DNA of 64,000 bases from Chrysochromulina tobinii (taxonomy: Eukaryota). Where the stretch lies: the NCBI GenBank assembly GCA_001275005.1, contig JWZX01003325.1, positions 1-64,000 of the forward strand, written 5' to 3'. Below the pieces are notes generated by a model. It saw only the letters and a list, made by a program, of their open reading frames with translations, was not told where the DNA came from and did no database searches. Of this stretch, positions 23,395-35,300 are shown one piece after another; position 1 is the first letter of the stretch, and each line of letters opens with the position of its first letter. The translations under genes and the position numbers were made by a program.

Positions 23395-26300
23395 TCACGC
23401 CCCCGGCAGGTCAACCTGGAGTGGGTGGCCCGTCGACACCCGCTCCGCGATCGCCTCATGAAGGTGAGCCAGCCCCGCGGACTCGAGCGGATTGTGTAGC
23501 AAGCGCAACACAGCCAAGGCCGAGTTGGCACGTAGCGCGATGGCGAGTGCAGCGGCACCTTCACTGGTGACGCCGGCTGCGCTCAGATTGACCTCGCGCA
23601 CCATAGCATTGTGCTTGAGCACACCGGCGAGCATGCAAATCGCGCCCGTGCCCATGGCCGTCTCCTCCAGGCTGAGCTTCCTGATGCCCTCGAGCACATC
23701 GAAGGCGTTGGTGCGTGCGAATCGCAGGCTAAGAGGGCTACCGGGGTCGAGAAGGCTCCTGCCCAGCGTCCCGAGCACTGAGTCGGCCACCGGCGGCCAC
23801 GCTCGCACGTCGAGGAACGTGAGCGACGCATTGGCATGCAAGCCAGCGCACAACACTTTCCAATCCACCATCTGCAGCCCAGTATAGCTCAGGTCGAGCG
23901 ACCTCAGCACGCAGCTCGGGCTGCGCAGCCACGCCGATGCGGCCGCACTCGCATCATGCTCAAGAGGATTCGAGCCCAGATGCAGCGCCGAGACCATCTT
24001 GCCCATGCGTGACGAGTGGATCTCGGAGATGAGCTTGGCGGCCTCGAGCCTCTTCTCGAAGTGGCCATACTCACGGCTGCCAAGCTCGAGGCTTCTCCTT
24101 CCCTGAGGATCACCGTCCTCGGCCGTTGTGGACGAAACCTCGCTGTAGTCGGCCGTTGCGGACGAAAGCGCGCCGGAGGCGTCGGGTCGGAAGTGGACCC
24201 ACTCGCGAAAGTTGAGCCCGAAGCTTTCCATCGAGAGTGTCGCCGCCTCAGGCAGCGGCAGCGCCACGTCAGAGGAGCCTATGAGCACGAATCGGTGGCC
24301 GGAGAGCATCAGCTCCTTGTGAACGAAGGCCTCGATGATCGGTCCCATGAAGGCCACGTCATCTTGCAGCGCGTACTCGACGACCACCACGAGCGCGCAC
24401 ATGGAGAGCGCCTGCAGCAAGAGCTCCCGCACTCTGGCGCCCATCTCGGCGCTCTCTCCAAATTTGGAAGCCGCCAGCCCGATGAGCTCGCGCAGCATCG
24501 CGCCCTCGTCGATGAGCTGATGCACGCGGTTCATGTTGGCTGTGATGAAGGATGCAATCACCGCGTGCCGGAGCAGCAGCGGCACCAGCGGCACGGTGCC
24601 CGCCTCGTCGGCATCGCGCAGCGTTGCTGTGAGCTTGTACAGCACGTTCGTCAGCAACCACTCGCGCTGTGCCTGATGCACCGAACCAGCGCGCATTTGC
24701 ATCGGCTCGACGCTGTGGAAGCCCAACGGCCGTTTCGGCGACGGCTCGGCCAGGATGGCGACCACGTCGCGCACGCGGCGCACACCTTCGAGCTTGGGGT
24801 TTGCGGACGCCGTATGCGGCGTTACGAAGACCAACTGCTTCGCCACCTCGACGCGCTTGCCGCTAAAGGCCTCGACGACCGTTTCGTGCGCCTGCAGCAG
24901 CGCCTCACAGTACGCTGCCCGTGCCGCGCGGTAGTCGGACACCGAGCGCATGCAACTCGCAGTGGGGGAGGTGGCGTCCGGCCCGTCCAAGCCCATGCTC
25001 GTGTGGTTATACTGGTTTAGGTCGGCCTCGAGCAGCTGCCCCGTCTCGACCAACTGGAGTTGATGGCGCGCTCCAAACTGGAGCCACTCGACCACCACGG
25101 CGTCCACGAGCCCCGCCTCTTGATGCAAGAAGAGCAGCCGGCACCCAGGCTCGTAGTGCGCCGCCGTGATCGGCCGCACATTGATCGGGCTCGCGTCGAT
25201 GAGCAGCTCGCCGAATCCCGCGAAGACGGGCTGGGCCGGGTCGCGCGCCTTCTTCTTGAAACTCGCCGTCGATTGACGAACCATGTTGCGCGGCTTGGGG
25301 CGCTCGCTGCCCGCCGAGCCGGTGGCTCCGTCGGCCAGTTGAATGTTATCGATGCGCACACGCAGCCGGTCGTCATCGAGAAGCTCGATGACCGTGCCGC
25401 ACCCGAGCAGCGGACCCGATGCGCCGTTGGGCCCGCGGCTCACCACGCCCCCCTCATTGGAGCGCACCTGAAGCCGCGTGCCCTCCGCGCATGCAAACGC
25501 GAGGTGCGGCACGAGCTCGAGGTAGATCGATCTCCCAGAGATCTCCCGGTCGAGCTTGACGATGAGGGTGTAGTCGTCACCGCGCAGCACCTGATGAGAC
25601 AGAGGGAGTGGCAATCAGATGACAATCACATGGCCATCAAATGGCCATCAGATTGGATCCCCGAGATCTTCTGAAGAGGCGGAGGTCATTGTGTGGTAAT
25701 GAGTGCCCGACGAGAGACGATGAGTGGCAATCCAGGGCACTCCAGGGCACTCCAGGCCAATCAAGGCCAATCAGCGTACTGAGGCGAGCTGGCGCTCGTC
25801 ATCAATCATGTGCCACTCGTTCTTCAACTGCAGGCGCCTCTCGAGATCGTCATTGACGTTGAGCAGCTCTCGAGATTCGAATCGGTGCTTCTCGGGCGAC
25901 TGCTTGGCGGAGGCGCGCGGGAGGAGCTTGCCCACGACGTCGTCATTGACGGTGACCAGATCGATCTCGCGGTCGCCCGGTATGGCAACGAGCTCGTCGC
26001 TCAGCACGTGCGCGGCGCCGCAGCAGTTGTAGAGCAGCACCACATGGCCCACGTCGGACACGTGGTAGTGCCGGCTGAGCCCCTCCTTGAGCGGGCGCAG
26101 TGTCGGGCGCTTGGGCCGCGCGTTCAGCTCGCGCTTCGGCCACTTGCCGTTGCGACGCGGGCCGCCATCGTCGCCCTTCTGCTGTCGGACGAAGCTGCCC
26201 TCATCCTCTGGATGCTCGGCAAAGTACTTTTTGAGGGCTGGGACGCCCCCGGTGAGGGAGGTGCCCAGTAAGGGCACCAGATGCCGATCTCGCTGCGCGA

Positions 26301-29300
26301 GGAGCTCGAGATCGTGGTGGAGATTGATCATGTCGCGCGGCAAGGTGCGCAGCTTCGCGTTATCCGAGATGTCGAGCTTGCGCAGCGCGCTCAGGTTGCC
26401 GATCGCGGGTGTGAGTTGCGTCAGGTGATTCGCTCGCAGGTTGAGCGAGCGCAGTTTCGTCAAAGTGCCGATGCTTCCCTGGAGACGCGTGAGCTGGTTC
26501 GATTGCAGATTGAGCTCCTTGAGCGCGAAGAGCGTCCCAATCTTGGACGGGAGCTCCTGCAGCTGATTCCTCTGCAGCGAGAGGTGCTCGAGAGAGCGCA
26601 GCCGGCAGATCACCTCCAGATCGTAGCTCGAGCTGAGCTCGTTCTCATCGAGGTTGAGGGTCTCAAGGTGTGTCATCTTGCTCACCGCCACAAAGAGAGA
26701 CTGCACCGAGCCCATCGGCGGCGCCACGCTGTCGGCCGTGCTTTCGGCCGCGGCCGATGCTGCGCTCAGCACGCTGCCCGCCGCAACAAGCACCATCGTC
26801 GGCGCACGTCCGACGGCCTTGCCAGGCTCGCGCAGCCCGAGGCCGTTCTGACTCAGATCGAGTAGTTTGAGTGGCGCGTGCTCGAGCGCCTCGACGATCG
26901 GCTGCGCGCCGGTGGCTTGCAACCGATTCTTGGCGAGGCGCAGCGATTTGAGCGTCGTGTTGGCACGCAGGATCGCGCTGAGCGTCAAGCCCGAGATCTC
27001 GCCGAGATCGTGGCTGCTCAGGTCGATGGAGACGGCCGCCTGCGGTCCACGTGTCAAGTGAATCGGGATGGTCTTGCCATCGAGCGTGACCGCCGTGAAG
27101 GCCCCGTGCGCCCGGATGCCCTCCGCGAGCGTCCGCATGTCCTCCGGCGCAAAGGTCTCGAGAGGCGCGCTGGCAAGCTCGAGCTCTGTGAGCGAGCTGT
27201 TGTATCGAAGCGCCGTACCGAGCGCACGCACGTCCGCGGCGCGCTCGGCGGCGCGCATGGCGAGGCGCAGCTTCCTCATCGCACCTGTGGGGAAGAGGAG
27301 ACAAGGCGCCGTGGTGAGCGATTGCATGCAAGGCGAGCGCGCACGGCGAGGCGCAGCTCCCTCATCGCACCGTTGTGGCGCAGCAGCCCAAAGAGGAGGA
27401 GCAAGGCGCCTGGCTCGAGGGAGCTCTGCCGGCTCGTGGGGTCGTGCCGAGTGCTGATCAGATCGAGCACGCCGACCTCTTCGGTGATCTCGAGCGTCTT
27501 GGCCTCCTGCTGTGCGCCCGCGGGCAGCGTGACGCTGACATACTTGAGCTTGGCCTGGCACTTGTCCGTGAGCAAGAAGGCGCCGATCCGCTCCATTTGG
27601 TCATCGGTGATCGGGTTATTGCGCAGGTCGACCGACGTGAGCGATCGGTTCTGCGCGAGGCTGCGGAAGAGGAGTACGCCCGAGATCTCATTGCTCGAGA
27701 GATCGAGAGCGCTCAGGGTGCAATGCGGGCTATTCAGCGCCGCCACCATGTTGTCCAGCTTTGAGTCGACGAGGTTATTGGACGCGAGGCAGAGCTTCGT
27801 CAAGTTGGGGCACATGCCGCTAAGCACGTGGTCGAAGAGCTGTGGGGAACCTCGCGCGCCCAGATTGACGCCATTCAAATCGAGCGTGCGCAGCGACGAG
27901 GTCTTGCACGCCTGCATGAGCTCGAGCACTTTGCCGCCCTCGGCGCCCTGGCCAGGGTTGAGGCGCAGGCTCTCGATCTCCTCATTCTCCGAGATGAGCT
28001 CGGCGACGAAGGTGCACATCGCCTTGTCGAGCAGCTCACGGAGAAACTCGGTGGCTGAAGAGGTGCCATCGCTCTTGAGAGATGGGCACAGGTCCACGCG
28101 CGACACCTTTGTCGAGCCGTTGAGGCTCTGCAGGTCGAGCTTGATCTTACGCGCGCGGCTCGGATCTTGCGTGTCCATCTTCTCGAGATAGAGGTTCTTG
28201 AGCGTCTTGTTGGCGCGCAGCGCGATGGCGAGCACATCCACATGCTCGGGCCCGAGTGACTGCAGCGTGAGCGACACAAGGGTGCGGTTCGCCTTGAGCA
28301 GCCCCGCGAGCAGGCACCACGAGCGCGTGGATCGCACTTGCTCGCGATTCTTGAGGTCGAAGGTGATCTCTTTGAGGTACGCCTTGAGGCCATAGTTGCT
28401 GCACAGCCCGAGACGCCCGTGAGGGCTGCTCAGCAGCGCCTTGCCGAGGGTCTGCCGGTCGTCATCTTGGAGTCCTTCGCCCTCGAAATTGAGCTCGGTG
28501 AGCGTCGAGTTGGCACGGAGCAAGCCAGCCAACATGGTCGCGTCAGAGCGGTCGGCATTGGCCGGCCACTGCAGCGACGTTGCGCTCGAGGTGAGGTCGA
28601 ACAAGTCGACCTTGAGCGCGATGAGAAGCGGAGTGGGACGGTGGAGAAGCACGCGCCCAATAGCCTCCTTGGCGCGATTGTCGAGCTTGCCGAATCCGTC
28701 CTTCTCCTCGATCCCGATGTCGGTGAGCGTGGGGTGCTGGCGCAGGAGCCCCGGCAGCTCCTTGCAACGACCTGGCTGGTTGAAGCTCAAGTCGAGCTTG
28801 ATGAGCGACTTGCAGGTGGCCAGCGCGGTGCACACCGCCTTCATCCCCTTGTCGCCCAGCCCATTATTGCTCAGGTCGAGCTCGGTGAGCGTCTCGTTGT
28901 TCGAGAGCGCGCGCGTGAGCTGCTGCTTCTTCCAATCCATCTTGCCGATCAAATTGGAACGCAGCTTCAGCGTACGCAAGGACGTGCCGATCGTGAGGAG
29001 GGTCGAGAGCCCCGCATCCGACTCGTCATTCTCCTCGCCCACCTTGTTGCTTGACAGGTCGAGCGAGCGCAGGTGCGAGGAGGTGAGCAGCCAGAGCGCG
29101 CGCTTACCACCCGGGGTGAGCCTCGCCTCCGGTTCCGTCGCAAAGTCCCAATCGTGCCGCTGGAGCGCGAGCAGGTCGCCCAGCTTGCGCGCGGAGATGC
29201 GGCACGTGTTGTTCATGAACGGGTCGTTGACAAAGCTCGCCGCGCGCACGTCGGTGCTCCAACCGTCCCACTGGCCGTCACGTGCCTTGAGGAAGAGGAA

Positions 29301-32300
29301 CTGCGCGAACAGCCCTTCCTGGAAGGAGAGATGCTTGAACTGGTACTGCGCTTCCGCCTCGTCGGTCTGAGCCTCGAGCGTCTTCATGAGCGGAATGCCG
29401 CCCTCCTCGTTGTTCAGGTGCAACCAGAGCGTGAGTGCCTCGGAGAAGGGCATTTCCTTGAGAAGGGCGCGCGCCACGTCCCGCGCGCCGAACTGGCGAC
29501 GGCCTTGCTGCTGGTTGACTACGGCCACATGGCGCAGCATCACGAGCCCCGTGTTGTGGATCGAACCGCCATCGCGAATGAGCTTCAGGTTCGACTCGGC
29601 GAGCGCCATGATGATGCTGCGCAGTTGCTTTGGCATCGCGAGCTCGCACGCGTTGAGCACCGTCCGCGCTGCACCGTGGCGCGCCATATTCAAATACTTG
29701 GCCGCCTCCCGAAAAATGTCATACAGTTCGTTGTCGCCTCGATGCTGGCCCTGCTCGACGCTCTTGTGCACGGCCATGTCCCCGGTCGTGATGCCCTCGC
29801 CCTGGTCGAGGGATTTCTTGCGTGACTGCTTGCGCTCGCGCTTCTCACTGTCCAGCGACGACTGCACCGCGAGCGCTTTGGTCCGGTCCAGAGCAAACAG
29901 CTGCTGCCAGATCTGCACGAGCGTGCGCGTCGCGAGGGCGTCATCGTACACGATGCCCTCGGCCGAGTTGCCGCCGCCACGCACGCCGGTCACGGCCGTG
30001 TACGCTGTAAAAAAGCGTCGGTCAATGGCATGCATGATCCCCATCTCATACAGCTCGAACTGGTTCGTGGGCAGTTCGGCGAGGTCTTCGCCCCCCGAGG
30101 TGAAGATGAGCACGAGCAGTGAGAGCAGCACGGGGATGCCGGAGGCATCGACGAGGAAGAGCAGCGCAGGCTCGAGCAGCGCGTCGATCCGATCTGGCTC
30201 GAGCTTGCCTTCCATTTGCTGCCGGAAGAAGTGGTAGTGCTCGCTTGCATTCGTGTGGCCCGAGGAGCCGACGGCGAAGATCTCCTTGTAGTGCAGCTCG
30301 CACCGGCACTCGACCTCCGTCAAGCCGTACGTGAGCAGCATCGTGGCCTTGAAGGAGCGGAAGTGCGTAGGGTCGAGAGAGATGAACCCGTTCTGGAGCT
30401 CCGTCATGGTTAGCACGGCGTGAGGCTCTGACTCGATCCTGACCTCGCGTGGGTCGATCGGCCCATGGGCGGCGGGCCCTTGGACGCTCGAGTCCGCGAG
30501 CGCCGCCTCGGGCGCGCCTTCCTCGGCCAAGTTGCCCACGAGGCGCGCCACGAACCAAACGAGCGTCTTGCCCTTCTCAAAGATCACGCGGCAGTGCAGC
30601 ACCTCCGGATCGTCCTTCTGACCTCGGACGATCTCCACGCTGCCCGCGGCGCCCGCGTCTTTCTCGGCGCTGCCCGCGACTGCCTCGGCAAGCGCGTGGC
30701 GCAGAAGCATGTCGAAGACGGCCCAGCGGCGCTCGCGCGGCATCGTCACCTTCTCCTTGGAGTGGCGCACCGACACCGGCGTCTTCGCCGAGGAGGGGAT
30801 TGGCTCGTAGTTCGTCTCCGAGGTCTCGGGGTTCTCCGCACGCACGGGCAGGTAGAGAGCTTCGAGCTCAGATCTGACACCCTCACTCAGCTTCTGGTAC
30901 GCCCTGTCGAGGCCGCGCCGCATCTCGCCGAGGGCGAGCAGGTGGTCGAAGAACTCGGAGCCGCGCATCTGGGTGCCGATCACGGAGCGTTGCTGCTCAT
31001 TCGAGAGCTCCTTCAGGTCCAGCACCGAAAAGTGGCGATCGAGATACGGGTCCATATTCCCAATGCCCTCGACGCGGGAGGTGATGAGCACTCGATTTCC
31101 CGAGGGCACCAGAACGTCTAGGACGAAGGACTCGACCATCCTACGCAGCCCGGCCGCCTCATCGACGCCGTCGAGGATCACGATGAGCGCGCGCAGCTGG
31201 AAGGCTTGCTTGAGCATCTCGGCGACACGCCGATGCACAGCGTCCACGTACGAGCCGAACAGCGCGTGCACACCCTCGCTCGAGCCCGCCGTCGCGTCGC
31301 GGAGCAGGTAGACGATCTGTTGCACGTACAGCACAATCGGGCACAGCTTCATGCCCTTGTGCTCGGACCCTTTGGCGAGGGTCTCTCCCAAAATATACAC
31401 GGCCTGCTTGCACATCCACGTCTTGCCGGTGCCCGGCCCAGCGCGCACGAGGCACGCCTGCGACGGATGCTCGCCACTCCCGCGCTTCGGCGAGGGCATC
31501 GTGAGGATGGAGACGAGCGCCTGCACATTCTTGACCGGCTTGCCCAGGAGTGTGTTCGTCGCGCCGCCTACGGTGGAGGCCTTGACATCCACGTTCACTA
31601 GCTGGTCCTTGATCGCGAGCGTGTTGCCCGTGATCGCGTCCTCGACCTTCTCGTTGCGCGCGACCATGTCGAGGCAGTGCTGCACGCGCTGCTCCTCGTA
31701 GTCGGCCACGGTCTCGAAGCGCGGCTGGCAGTGGTTGTACTCGTTCAGATCTGCCGCCACGATGCTCACCTTGTCCTTCACAGTCATCTCGACCCAATGC
31801 CGATTACCCGCCTTCGGATCGGGTCGGTTGCCCCCTTTGTCATCCTTGCGCCTCTCGCTCGTCTCCTCCCATTCCTTTTTAGGCATCTCGACCACGCACG
31901 CGTCCACGCACTCGTCGTTGTGCAGGTACAAGATGGGGGTCGCCTTGGGGTAGCGCACCGTCGTCGTGGGCACGCATCGATCGGGCCGCGGGTCGACAAT
32001 CTTTTCCTCGGTGGTCGCATCCACACGCACCACGACGGTGTCGTCGCGTAGCACCCGTTGCACTGTCGACACACGGCCGCAATAGTCGCCCGGCGCGATC
32101 AGAGTGAGCCGCGCGCCCACGCAGCACGCGTACGCGAGCCACGGGCTGACCAGCAGGACGGCCCGCTGCACATGTCCCGGACGAAACTGGGGCGCCGTGA
32201 CGGGCGCGCCGCGAAGCGCCACTGCCCCCCCCTTGACGGGTGGAGCCGCTTCGTCCACCTCAATCTCCCATTCGAGCTCGAGCTCCAGCGTGCCTGGCCC

Positions 32301-35300
32301 CTGCCGAAAGTGGTGCACCAATCCGTAGTCGACCCCGGGCAGCCAGCGGTGTTCAAACGAGACACGCTCCTCGAAGGGGAGGCCCTTTTTGGCGGGAATC
32401 TTGACCTTGCCGAGCGTCGCACCATTGCGCGCGAATAGGCTGTACTCGTACTTCTCAGGCAGCGTCGACGTGTCGCCGATGACCAACTTGAAGCGCGCCT
32501 TGTTGCAATTAAAGAGGAGCAGCATGCCCGCCCCAACACCATCGAGCGACGGCGCCTGCACGTGGCGCGACTCTTGCTTGTCCATCAGAGCCGGTGGCCG
32601 CTCTTCGTCGCGAAGCTTGAACTCGCGCACCATCTGCTTCGCGTCCGCATGGTCGATCCTGGGCGGTCTGAGCTTCCTCTCCGGCTCGCGCTCCTCAACG
32701 GGCTTCGTCACTATCAGAGTCGCGGGGCGTTTCACGTCCTTGCCAGCGCGACGAACGGGCGCGCCCGTTACGGCGCCTTCGCGCTTCTCCTCCTTGCTGG
32801 ACCCACGCGCGCTCTTCAACGCCATCGACACGCTCGCTGGGCCTCCGAGGCTACCGCGCAGGGCGGCCGCGCCCGCGTCGCGACGAGTGGCCGTGGTCTC
32901 GGCTGTGGGAATCGTTTTGCGAGCCGTCAAGTTGCCTTCTTTGGCAGCTGATGGCGCCTTTTGTGGCGTCCCCTTGCGCGCGCTGTTGCCGCCCTGGGGC
33001 TTATCGGCATCGACGCTCTCGCCCTCAGCATGGTCCGCCGAGCTGCTGCCCTTTACGGTCGATGCCGTCCGAGGCATCGTATCGGGCGTCGCATTGTTCG
33101 GGTCGCGCGCCGATCGGTCGCCAAGAGAGGGGCGTGGCCCTTTGAACGGGTTCTCGCGCTTCGCGCGCTTCTTAGGTTCGAGGGGAACTCCTGTGGAAAG
33201 GGGGGGGGCGCCGTGGTGAGTACGCGCCTGCATGAAGTGCATCTTTAAGGTTCGAGTGGAGCTCGAGCTGCGGCGGCCGCAGCCGGCTCACCCTCGTTGC
33301 TAAGCGCCAGGGTCGGCATGGGAGGGCTCGACCCCGCACTAGGTGCCGGGGGTTCGGTGCCACCGGCGGAGAGCTCGTCTGCATCACTGACCGGCGTGAG
33401 ATCCGACGGCAGTGGCGGCGGTGTATCGGCTCGCGCGATCGCCCCTGAGGGTGGCGTGGCGGGTCGATCTTCCCCTCGATCTCCATCGATCTCCCCCGAG
33501 CTCGGTCCGTCGTCGCGTACGGCGGGCTGGGATGACCCGTCGCGCGGCGTGTCCTCAATGGGGGGGGTGGCATCGCCGGCATGCTGCTGCGCGGCATGCT
33601 CGTGCACCGCGCGCTTCACAATCTCGAGTAGCTCGGCCGATGCGCGATTGCCATTCAAGTCGATGCTCAGCGGTGAGGGCGTCTTGCGCTGAGAGGCACC
33701 GAGCGCTTTGATGAGCAACTCAAGCGCCGCACTTTGGTACGTTTCAAACGAGACCCACTCACAGTCGAGGTACTCGGTGTACACCCCACATAGCCGCCCG
33801 TTAGCCAGCGAGACGTGGGTGAGGCTTGCGTGTTGGCAGAGCGCCTTGACAAGTGCGTCGAAGCCCTCCGTGTGCCACGTACCAGACGGCAGCCGCCCCG
33901 CAAAGCGAGCGCCGAGCGCCGTGGTGAGCAGGGCGGCGTCCTTCTCCGATGCGCACGCTGCGCGCACCGCCTCGGGCGAGAGAGCAATGCAGAGGAGATT
34001 GGAGGACAGGTCGAGCACGGTGAGGCTGCTCGCTCTGCGCAGCACCTCGGCGAGCAGAGGGGCGCACTCGGCGTCGAGCAGGTTGTCACGCAGGCAGAGC
34101 GTGCTGAGGCGCGTGCACACGGCCGCAACGTCCACGAGCAGCCTGCATGCACCGACGCCGAGTTTGTTGCGCGCGAGATCGAGGGAGGTGAGCGCGTGCG
34201 GCTCGGCCGACGACAGTGTCATGTGGCCACTCCGGCCGAGTGCGCTCAGCACAAGGGCCGCACCCTCGTCCTTGAGCCAATTGTCGTTCAGGCAGAGCGT
34301 GCTCAGCCGAGGGCAGCTCTCGAGGCGCATCGCGAGCAAGCCAAGCCCGTCAGGGCTCCACGAGCCTCGCCCAAGAGGGTCTATGCCGCACAGGCCGTTG
34401 CGGGAGAGGTCGAGGAGCTCAACATGGCGCGAGAGGGCGCCTTCGAGCGCTCGAGCTACCTGCCGAGCGCCTTCAGAGGCCAGACAGTTGCCCGCGAGGT
34501 TGAGCGCGCGCGCAGGCGGCTCCGGGTCCTCGGCTAGCACCTGCAATATGAGGGGCGCCATCAGAGGTCATCAGCGGGCACATCGGCGGGCATCAGCGGC
34601 ACTCCTGGGCGGGCATCAGTCAGTAGCGGGCATCAGTCGGCTGGGGTCGTCGGCCAGACCTTGGCAAGAGCATACATCTCGTCGCCGCGGAGATTGTTGT
34701 CACTCAGGTCGAGGGAGTGCGCCGCGTGCAAGAGCAACGAGATGGCACGCAGCGCCGTCGGACGATGGCCTCCCAGCTTGGCACGCAGCTCAAGGGCAGC
34801 ATCCGTCTTTGAGAGCCCGCACGCCTGCAGCAGGCCGTGCCCGAACGCGCGCCCCATTTCGGAGCCGTGGCGCAACGTGTTGCCCCACCACGCCGACCAA
34901 CGCCATGGCTCGGCTGCCCGGGGTATAAGCCGCTGCCCGTTGCAGAGCGCGCGTGCCGTGAAGAACTCCTGGAAGGAGAGGTGCGACGACTGCATCTCCA
35001 GCGGAGAGGCGCTCAGCAAGCTGAGCAGCGGCAGCCGGTCTTGGCGCACTCGCTCGCGGATCCCTTGCATCGCGTCCTGCCACTCTTGGGGGAGCTCGCC
35101 GATCGCCTTGAACACCTCCGTCTGCATGCGACGGTGCTCCACCATGCTCATCGGGCGGGAAAGTTGGTTACGCAGCCCCGCTTCATTGGGCGGTCCGACG
35201 CCCACCGAGGCGCGAGCCCTCCCCCAGAGGACCGCCCCCTTTTCCGAGGAGCGCGCTTTGTTGAGAGAGGCCATATTCCGTGTGCCATCAACGGTCGACG

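Noticed and set aside
33245..33291. Stop at 33245 and ATG at 33242 suggesting two separate NACHT-LRR genes
   Set aside because: Both lie inside a phase-1 GTGAGC...CCACAG intron (33191-33291) that carries the family-2 motif and joins the frames. Read-through is favoured but unproven without transcripts.
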